From assembly GCA_003133025.1 (NCBI GenBank), contig PKZK01000124.1:1-10711 (forward strand): DNA of 10,711 nucleotides. Reading direction: 5' to 3'. The DNA is from Vulcanimicrobiota bacterium. GTDB lineage: Bacteria; Vulcanimicrobiota; Vulcanimicrobiia; Vulcanimicrobiales; Vulcanimicrobiaceae. Positions within the stretch are counted from its first letter, which is position 1. Each line of letters starts with the position of its first letter. Below the pieces are notes generated by a model. The model ran no database searches, was not told where the DNA came from, and saw only the letters and a program-made list of their open reading frames with translations. Positions 1-6,393 of the stretch are shown in pieces. The translations under genes were made by a program, and so were the position numbers.

Positions 1-2
1 CG

Positions 3-1550
3 CTCGCGATCGAACTCGCGGCCGCGCGCGTCCGCATCCTGAGCCCGCGCCAGCTCCAAGAACGGCTCGACGAACGCTTCCGGCTCCTCACGGGCGGAAG
101 TCGCAGCGCGTTGCCGCGGCAGCAGACGTTACGCGCGCTGATGGACTGGAGCCACGACCTGCTCGACGAGCGCGAGCGCGTGCTCTTCCGGCGACTCGCC
201 GCGTTCGTGAACGGCTTCACGCTCGAAGGCGCCGTCGCGGTCGGTGCGGGGGACGAAGTCGACGAGTTCGACATCCTCGATCTGCTCGCGTCGCTCGTCG
301 ACAAGTCGCTCGTGGTCGCAGAACGCACGGGCGACACGCTGCGATATCGCATGCTCGAATCCACGCACGTGTACGCGCGCGAAAAACTCGCGGCCGCGGG
401 GGATGCCGAACGCTGCGCCGACCGCCACTTGCGTTTCCTGATCGCCCGCTTCGGCGAACTGCGCCGCAGCTACGAGGAGACGGCCCGGCGGCGCGATCTC
501 GACGACGCCTTCGCGACGGAGCTCGAAGACGTGCGCGCCGCGCTCGACTACGCGCTCGGTGCCGGCGACCCGTCGCTCGGAGCGGAACTGCTCGCCGAGA
601 CCACGAGCCGCGCGTGGGCGACGGTCGGCCTGCATCGCGAGAGCGCCGCCCGCGCGCGGGCGCTGGCCGCGCGGCTTCCCGCGGACGCGCACGCGCTGCG
701 CGCGCAACTCGCCATCGCGATCGCGGTGGTGACGTCGAACGATGGGCTGCGCACGACCGCGATGGAGGCCGCTGCGGAAGGCGTGACCCACGCGCGCGCC
801 TGCGGCGATACGCGCATCCTCGCCCTCGCGCTCATCGCCTTCGCGCGCCACCGCGCGACGCAACTCCAGTACCTCGACGACGCCGAGGCGGCGATCGCCG
901 AGGTGGAGGGCATGACGGGGTTGCCGGCCGAGATTCGCATGCGGATGTTGCACGATCGCGCGTTCGTCAGTTGGCAGCGGGGCGATCACGCGAGCGCCGC
1001 GTCCGCATACGAACATCTACGCGCCGAGCATCGCGCGCTCGGCAACACGTCGTTCGAAAATCTCGCGTCGCTCAACCTGGCCGAGGTGGAACACACGCGC
1101 GGGAACACGCGGCGCGGGATCGAGATTCTCACGGAGATACTGCCGAACGCGCGCGACCGCGACCGCGACGTGCTCGTGACGACGCTCGCAAACCTCGCCG
1201 CCTACCACGCGACCGTCGGCGACGTCGTGGCATCCCGTGCGGCGGCATGCGACGTGGTGCGCGAGCTCGCCCCGAACGAACCGACCGCGACGTTTCTTTC
1301 GGTCGCGCTCGAACATCTCTCGCTCGCGCTCGCGCTCGCCGGCGATCTCGAACGCGCGGCCGCCCTACACGGATACGCCGACGCCGCCCTACGCGCGAGC
1401 GGCTTCGAACGCCAGTTCACGGAAATTCAAACGAACGAACGCGTGGCCGCGCTCCTCGCCGAGCGCCTCCCGCCGGACGACCTCGCCCGCCGCCTCGCCG
1501 CGGGCGCCACCCTCCGCCCCGAAGCCGCCATCGCCCTCGCCCTCGAGTAG
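3..1550 (+). CDS. C-terminal part of a predicted ATPase/STAND (AfsR/NB-ARC-like) regulator with winged-helix and TPR-like helical region; 5'-truncated by the window edge
   Basis: The frame is open from base 3: LAIELAAARVRILSPRQLQERLDERFRLLTGGSRSALPRQQTLRALMDWSHDLL...LFRRLAAFVNGFTLE...LASLVDKSLV...YRMLES..YAREKL. These are hallmark motifs of this family. TPR-like helices follow (ASLNLAEVEH, TLANLAAY, ERAAALHGYADA). Stop TAG at 1548-1550. The track start at 111 (TTG) is internal. Confidence 0.9.
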   Translation, partial: LAIELAAARVRILSPRQLQERLDERFRLLTGGSRSALPRQQTLRALMDWSHDLLDERERVLFRRLAAFVNGFTLEGAVAVGAGDEVDEFDILDLLASLVDKSLVVAERTGDTLRYRMLESTHVYAREKLAAAGDAERCADRHLRFLIARFGELRRSYEETARRRDLDDAFATELEDVRAALDYALGAGDPSLGAELLAETTSRAWATVGLHRESAARARALAARLPADAHALRAQLAIAIAVVTSNDGLRTTAMEAAAEGVTHARACGDTRILALALIAFARHRATQLQYLDDAEAAIAEVEGMTGLPAEIRMRMLHDRAFVSWQRGDHASAASAYEHLRAEHRALGNTSFENLASLNLAEVEHTRGNTRRGIEILTEILPNARDRDRDVLVTTLANLAAYHATVGDVVASRAAACDVVRELAPNEPTATFLSVALEHLSLALALAGDLERAAALHGYADAALRASGFERQFTEIQTNERVAALLAERLPPDDLARRLAAGATLRPEAAIALALE

Positions 1551-1580
1551 AGCGCGCGACGATCCCAGCTTCGAACGGCC

Positions 1581-1762
1581 CATGCTTCGACAAGCTCAGC
1601 ATGACAATGTCAGTGACCTGTCATCGTGAGCGTAACGAAGGCCGAGAAATCATTGTCACCCTATGGATGACAATGTCAGTGACCTGTCATGGTGAGCGTA
1701 ACGAAGGACGAAGCGTAACGAAGGACGAGAAATCATTGTCACCCTGAGCCTGTCGAAGGGTG
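1581..1762. repeat. Composite palindromic repeat (REP/REPIN/BIME-like) cluster between convergent genes
   Basis: Terminal inverted repeats 1585-1609 (cttcgacaagctcagcatgacaatg) and 1734-1758 match at 22/25. Internal direct repeat units lie at 1601-1662 and 1667-1745. Degenerate TGTCA-N3-TGAGC-N4-CGAAGG copies are at 1619-1641 and 1685-1707. The region is visibly less GC-rich than the flanking genes. Confidence 0.85.
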
Positions 1763-1782
1763 CGGCTAGCACGCGTACCGGC

Positions 1783-2538
1783 TTATGCGACGATGTACGT
1801 TGCGATGCGTTCGACGACGGCCGGGTCGCGCAGGATGCGCGTGTGGCCGAGCCCTTCTACGAATTCGACCGTGCTGTTCTTCCACGCATCGCCGATCTTC
1901 GTCGCGTTCTCCGCGGCGCAGATGCGGTCGTCCCTCGAGTGCACGATCAGGAGCGGAACGTCGATGCTCGCCGCGTTCGTGCGGATGTCGAGCCGATCGA
2001 TCTCGTACCCGAGCGTGTCGAATGCGGCCACGAGCCGGTCGCCGTCGAGACCCTGACGCTGCGCGGCGAATCGAATGAAGTGCTCGTAACGCAGCGGCGG
2101 GGCGACGAACGCGACCTTGCGTGCCTCCAATCCGCGCCCGAGAGCGATCGACGCTGCCGCGCAACCGGCGGAGTGCGCCACGATCGCGTCTGCGCCGTCG
2201 CACCATGCCGCCACGTCTTCGAGCGCCGTCGCGAGATCCCAGAGGCTCGCGAATTCGCCCGCGCTCTCACCGTGCGCGGGCAGATCGAACGCGACCGCGC
2301 GCCGGCTCGCGCGCACGATCGGCGTGACGAACGCCTCCATGTCGGCGTGGTTGCCTTCCCAGCCGTGCACGAGCAGCACCGCCGGGCCGCTACCGGCCGA
2401 CCACGTCGCGACCGGCCCGTACCGCGTCGGCACGGAATCGAAGCGCTCCCACACGTCCGCGGGCGGCCGCTGCGGATGGCGCGCCGGTCGCAGCAGATTC
2501 CGGGCGAGTTCTTGGAGATCGTCCACGTTGTTGCTCAT
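1783..2538 (-). CDS. Alpha/beta fold hydrolase (251 aa)
   Basis: VLLVHGWEG oxyanion loop, AFDLPAHGES, nucleophile elbow AHSAG, acid region VPLLIVHSRDD and catalytic His in GLGHTRIL. The ATG overlaps the MFS stop (ATGA, 2538-2535). Confidence 0.92.
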   Translation of the reverse strand: MSNNVDDLQELARNLLRPARHPQRPPADVWERFDSVPTRYGPVATWSAGSGPAVLLVHGWEGNHADMEAFVTPIVRASRRAVAFDLPAHGESAGEFASLWDLATALEDVAAWCDGADAIVAHSAGCAAASIALGRGLEARKVAFVAPPLRYEHFIRFAAQRQGLDGDRLVAAFDTLGYEIDRLDIRTNAASIDVPLLIVHSRDDRICAAENATKIGDAWKNSTVEFVEGLGHTRILRDPAVVERIATYIVA

Positions 2539-4133
2539 AGTTCTGCCGCGATGACCGTTTTCTCCACCCGCACCGCGTGCAACGGGCGCAGGAACATGAC
2601 GCCGACGAGTGCGGCTGCCGCGATCGGCACGAGAAAGAAGAAGGCATCGGCGAACCCCGCGTTCGACGCTTGCAGCGCGATCAGGCGCGCGATCCGTGCG
2701 AGCGCGTGCGGGCCTGCGAGGATGTTATGCAACAGCGGGTTGCCGATCGTCGCGGCGCCGCGATAGATGTCCGAGTGGAAGTAGGCCCGCCGGTCAAACA
2801 CGGTCACGAGCAGCGTGCTCGAGATCGAACCGCCGAGTTGCACGGAGAGGCTGATGAACGAGCTCGCCTTCGGCGCGTCCGCCGGGTTCACGTTGCTATA
2901 GATGCTCGTGAGCAGCGGCACGAGCAGCATCGACTGCCCGATGCCGCTGATCACGAGCGGGATGAGGAACGAGCCCGAGTCGCTCTCGGGCGTCATGTTG
3001 AGCGCGAGCATCGCGAAGCTCGTCGCGCTCAGCGCGAAGCCGAGCGTCAGGAGCACGCGCGGATCGACGCGCGTGGAGAGGCGCGCGATGAACGGCGTCA
3101 CGAAGAGCACGGGCAGCGCGCGAACGAGGATCAGGATGCCGGCCATCGTCGCCGTGAAACCGAGCACGTTCTGCACGTACTGCGGCAGCATGACGACGGG
3201 GCCGAACACGACCATGCCGAGCACGATCGCGAGCGGCACGCCGATGCGCACGTTGCGGTACCGGAACACCCGCAGGTCGACGATCGGCGTCTTCGCGCCG
3301 AAGAGCTCCCACAGCACGAACGCGACCAAACCGGTCGCGAACGTCGTGGTCAAGAACACGATGCGCGAATCGTCGAACCAGTCGTTGCGCTCGCCTTCGT
3401 CGAGCACGTACTGCATCGAACCGAACGTGACCGCGAGCAGGGCCACGCCGATTCCATCGAGCGGGATCCGGCGCGGCGGCGCCGGGTTCTTCAGCGCGAA
3501 GAGGACGACGAGCGCCGCGAGCGTGCCGGGCACGAGGTTGATGTCGAAGACCCACTGCCACGAGAAGTTGTCGGTGAGCAGGCCGCCGAGGGTCGGTCCG
3601 AGCGCGGGGCCGACGGTCAGCGCGATCGCGAAGAGCGCGTTGCTGGCGCCGGCTTTCTCGGGTGGAAACGTATCGCGCAAGATCAACTGGGACGTCGCGA
3701 TCAAACCGCCGCCGAACGCGCCTTGAACGATCCGAAAGAGAACGAGCGCCGGCAGCGAGGTCGCGGTGCCGCAGAGCAGTGAGGCGACGGTGAAGCCGAT
3801 GATGCAGGTCGCGTAGTACTGGCGGCGGCCGAAGCGTTGGAAGCAGAAGGGCACGAGCGGAATCGCGATCACGTTCGAGATGATGTAGCCCGTGATGATC
3901 CAGGTTCCGTCGTCGATCGAGGCGCCGATGTTGCCCTCGATCGTCGGGAGCGCGACGTTGACGATCGTCGCGTCGAGCGTCTGCAAGAGCGCCGCCATCA
4001 TCACGCCGACGACGATCAGGACCCGGCGTCCGCCGTACTCGACGACGGGAAGCGGGGCCGGAGGCGGCGCGGCGGCAACGCGCCGCGCTCGCGGCGGTGC
4101 TGTAAATGACCGTTCGGTCGGTTTCGTAGTCAC
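2535..4133 (-). CDS. DHA2 family (EmrB/QacA) MFS efflux transporter (~532 aa)
   Basis: LQTLDATIVNVALPTI (motif D), FGRRQ (motif A remnant), LFRIVQGAFGG, GPALGPTLGGLLTDNFSWQWVFDINL (motif C) and YVLDEGERNDWFDD. The likely start is GTG at 4133 with AGGA 6 nt upstream (TAGGATTTTTCGTG). The track's extension to 4508 overlaps tetR and looks spurious. Confidence 0.93.
   Translation of the reverse strand: MTTKPTERSFTAPPRARRVAAAPPPAPLPVVEYGGRRVLIVVGVMMAALLQTLDATIVNVALPTIEGNIGASIDDGTWIITGYIISNVIAIPLVPFCFQRFGRRQYYATCIIGFTVASLLCGTATSLPALVLFRIVQGAFGGGLIATSQLILRDTFPPEKAGASNALFAIALTVGPALGPTLGGLLTDNFSWQWVFDINLVPGTLAALVVLFALKNPAPPRRIPLDGIGVALLAVTFGSMQYVLDEGERNDWFDDSRIVFLTTTFATGLVAFVLWELFGAKTPIVDLRVFRYRNVRIGVPLAIVLGMVVFGPVVMLPQYVQNVLGFTATMAGILILVRALPVLFVTPFIARLSTRVDPRVLLTLGFALSATSFAMLALNMTPESDSGSFLIPLVISGIGQSMLLVPLLTSIYSNVNPADAPKASSFISLSVQLGGSISSTLLVTVFDRRAYFHSDIYRGAATIGNPLLHNILAGPHALARIARLIALQASNAGFADAFFFLVPIAAAALVGVMFLRPLHAVRVEKTVIAAEL
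4104..4124. promoter_or_regulatory. Putative TetR operator palindrome GACCG-TT-CGGTC within the first codons of the MFS gene
   Basis: aaatGACCGttCGGTCggttt. Resembles GACCG-N2-CGGTC-type sites of NemR/LmrA-like TetRs. Shares the exact 10-mer CGGTCGGTTT with 4815-4824 beside the tetR promoter. Confidence 0.5.
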
Positions 4134-4141
4134 GAAAAATC

Positions 4142-4774
4142 CTACGCCGGGGTCCGCGCGGCCCGGTACGTTTCGAGGTAACGCACGAGCTCGGACGCCA
4201 CGCGCTGGATGTGTGCGCCGTCGCGATACACGCGAGCCAGCATCACGCCGCCCTCGATCGCCGAGATCATCAGCGTGGCGAGCGCTTCCGCATCGAGCGG
4301 CCGCACGTCGCCATCGGCGACGGCGCGGGCGAGCGCCGCGGTGATGACGGCGCGCCAGCGTTCGAGCGCGCCGCGCGCGCGGGCACGCAGCGCCGGGCTC
4401 GTGTCGTCGGCCTCGACCGCCGTGTTCAGCAGCGGGCAACCGCCGGCGAGGAATGGCTTCTCGACGACGTTGCGATACACGTCGAGCAGCGCCAGGAGTT
4501 GCGACCAACCGTCGGGATGGGCGGCCACGGTGGTCTCGATCCGGTCGAGTACGAGGCCGGCTGCGTAGTCGAACGCGGCGAGTGCGAGCGCGTCCTTGCT
4601 CGCGAAATGGTTGTAGACGCCGCCCTTTTCGAGGCCGCTGGCTTCGGTGACGTCGGCCATGGAGGCGCCCGTCGTGCCGCGCGTGTTGAAGAGCACGGCG
4701 GCCTTCTCGACGATCCGCCGGCGCGTGCGTTCGCCCTTGGTCGGGCCTGGGCGCCGGGTCGACCGTGCACTCAT
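4142..4774 (-). CDS. TetR/AcrR family transcriptional regulator (NemR/LmrA-YxaF-like, 210 aa)
   Basis: HTH region TRRRIVEKAAVLFNTRGTTGASMADVTEASGLEKGGVYNHFASKDAL; C-domain GGCPLLNTAVE and ISAIEGGVMLAR. The true start is probably ATG 4774 (MSARSTRR...), just downstream of a sigma70 promoter. Confidence 0.93.
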   Translation of the reverse strand: MSARSTRRPGPTKGERTRRRIVEKAAVLFNTRGTTGASMADVTEASGLEKGGVYNHFASKDALALAAFDYAAGLVLDRIETTVAAHPDGWSQLLALLDVYRNVVEKPFLAGGCPLLNTAVEADDTSPALRARARGALERWRAVITAALARAVADGDVRPLDAEALATLMISAIEGGVMLARVYRDGAHIQRVASELVRYLETYRAARTPA

Positions 4775-4783
4775 CGTCCCGAG

Positions 4784-4812
4784 AGCGTACCGCCGTCCTA
4801 GAAAAAAGTCAA
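4784..4812 (-). promoter_or_regulatory. Sigma70-type promoter of the tetR-MFS-hydrolase operon
   Basis: Minus strand TTGACT (4812-4807), 17 nt, TACGCT (4789-4784). The ATG follows 9 nt after the -10. Confidence 0.7.
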
Positions 4813-5049
4813 GGCGGTCGGTTTTATGTCCACGTACCGCGACTCGAGCGCCTCCGTACTGATACGGACCTGCGCCATGAAAACCGCCGACTGCTCGACT
4901 GCCGCTGGGGTGGGGGCCGCCCTGACGGCTCAGCTCGCAGCCCCGTCGGCCCACTCTCATTCGCGCGAGTAGGGTTACCCCCCATGCCCTCGCGCGCCCG
5001 CAGCCGTTATGCTGGCACGAGCACTGGACGATACGGAGCAAGCATCGAC

Positions 5050-5763
5050 GTGACGGCAAACCTCAGCCATGCGAGCGCGGCGAAAACCTGGCGATACGGC
5101 ATAGGCGCACGTTTGGGATTCGCAGCGATCGTCGTCCTCATCCTCGGGCTGGCCGCGTTCTTCTTCGCGGCGCCGTTCGTGCTGGGGCCCAACGCTGCAG
5201 GCCTCATCGTATTCTTCTTCGTGCTCGGTGTACCGATGGCGGCCCTCGGGCTTTTCATGGCCGTCGGATTTATCGCGGTCGTGCGCGCGCGGATCAGCCT
5301 CGACGGTTCGACCCTCGATGCCGAACTGATCGCTCCGCCCAAACGCCCGTTCGTGCCGAGCTTTCGCAGTCTGCACCTACCGGTGAACCAGATCCGCTCG
5401 GTGGAGAAGCGTGAAGAAATCGTGCGGAAGTACGGATTCACGACGGTCCGGAATTCGCTCTCCCTGGTAACGACGAACGGCGAGCGAATCGGCCTGTTCA
5501 GCAACAACGTCGGCTCGATCGGGCAAATGCCGCTCGACGAAATCGCCGGGGCGATCGCCTCTGCGGCCGGGATTCCAGTGACCGACCGCGGATCCGTGCT
5601 GACGACCACGGCGGGCCTCTACGGCGAAGCGGAAGCGACCTGGAACGAGCCGCCCCTCGACCCCGCTGCGGCGACGAAGGCCCGGAGGACGGCCGCGCGC
5701 ACGATGCAGATCTTGGTGTCGGTCGTGCTGCTGTTATCGCTGTTGCGAACCTGTAGTCACTGA
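5050..5763 (+). CDS. Hypothetical membrane protein (~237 aa): two N-terminal TM helices, a soluble beta-rich (possibly bacterial PH-like) domain and a C-terminal TM helix
   Basis: Hydrophobic segments LGFAAIVVLILGLAAFFFAAPFVL and AGLIVFFFVLGVPMAALGLFMAVGFIAVV, then ISLDGSTLDAEL...LPVNQIRSVE...LSLVTTNGERIGL, then terminal ILVSVVLLLSLL. The start is probably GTG 5050 (GGAG at 5035-5038) but is uncertain. Confidence 0.75.
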   Translation: MTANLSHASAAKTWRYGIGARLGFAAIVVLILGLAAFFFAAPFVLGPNAAGLIVFFFVLGVPMAALGLFMAVGFIAVVRARISLDGSTLDAELIAPPKRPFVPSFRSLHLPVNQIRSVEKREEIVRKYGFTTVRNSLSLVTTNGERIGLFSNNVGSIGQMPLDEIAGAIASAAGIPVTDRGSVLTTTAGLYGEAEATWNEPPLDPAAATKARRTAARTMQILVSVVLLLSLLRTCSH

Positions 5764-5779
5764 GCAGAGCTCAGGGAGA

Positions 5780-6388
5780 TCATTCCCAGCGATGCTGCAG
5801 ACGGCGCAGGCCGACGTCCGCGACGATTGCGAGCACCGCAGCAGCCAGCGCGCCGGCGACCGCGCGCGATGGGTCGTCGTGTTGGAGACCGTAGAGCACG
5901 AGCGCCCCGAGGCCGCCTGCATCGATCCAACTAGCCAGCGTTGCGAGTGAGATCAGCGCGATCGAGGCTAGGCGCACGCCGCCGACGATGACGGGCAGCG
6001 CTTGCGGCACCTCGACCCGCCAGAAGATTTGGGCCGCCGACATGCCCAAGCCGCGCGCCGCATCGATCAGCGCGGGCGAGACGCCGCGCAGCCCGACCGC
6101 GACATTGCGCACCAGCAGCATCTGCGCGTAGAGCACGAGCGCGACGAGCGCCGTCCAGGTGCCGATGCCGAGTAACGGGATCAGCAAGGCAAAGAGCGCC
6201 AAACTCGGAATCGTGTAGATCGCGTTGAGCGCGGCCAGGATGATGCCGCCGATGCGCCGCTTGCGCGCCACGACGACGCCGAGCGGAAACGCGATCGCGC
6301 ACGCGATCGCCAGCGCCGCTGCTACCAGCTCGATGTGCTGCAGCGTGCGCCAGGCCACGGTGCCGGGATGTTGCAGCAAGTAATCCAT
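5780..6388 (-). CDS. Osmoprotectant (glycine betaine/choline/proline-type) ABC transporter permease (202 aa)
   Basis: YTIPSLALFALLIP, EAA-like loop LIDAARGLGMSAAQIFWRVEVPQALPVI, and ATLASWIDAGGLG. ATG 6388 has GGAAGG upstream. Confidence 0.92.
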   Translation of the reverse strand: MDYLLQHPGTVAWRTLQHIELVAAALAIACAIAFPLGVVVARKRRIGGIILAALNAIYTIPSLALFALLIPLLGIGTWTALVALVLYAQMLLVRNVAVGLRGVSPALIDAARGLGMSAAQIFWRVEVPQALPVIVGGVRLASIALISLATLASWIDAGGLGALVLYGLQHDDPSRAVAGALAAAVLAIVADVGLRRLQHRWE

Positions 6389-6393
6389 GCGCG

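Noticed and set aside
1317..1340. (CTCGCG)n microsatellite
   Set aside because: Encodes LSLALALA in a helix using preferred codons; not a contingency repeat.
1601..1745. CRISPR array
   Set aside because: Only two ~62-bp units with a 4-bp joint, no unique spacers and no cas genes.
1601..1747. Repetitive peptide MTMSVTCH... (tail of ORF 614-1747)
   Set aside because: A by-product of the 66-bp repeat period. No RBS, and the parent ORF is an Arg-rich shadow frame of the ATPase gene.
1581..1762. Autonomous IS element or classical MITE with target-site duplication
   Set aside because: No transposase, and no direct repeat flanking the ends.
2577..3782. Long antisense ORFs (401 aa, 274 aa) over the MFS gene, and similar ones over other genes
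   Set aside because: Mirror frames of GC-rich coding sequence with no recognisable domains.
4798..4878. 26-aa minus-strand sORF MAQVRISTEALESRYVDIKPTALTFF upstream of tetR
   Set aside because: No clear SD, and it runs across the predicted tetR promoter, so it would not be on that transcript.
4978..4999. Minus-strand G-quadruplex
   Set aside because: Only three separated G-tracts in close range, so not a canonical four-tract motif.
4134..5059. N-terminal extensions of the MFS, TetR and membrane-protein ORFs in the track
   Set aside because: They overlap neighbouring genes or promoters and have low-complexity composition. Better starts exist at 4133, 4774 and 5050.
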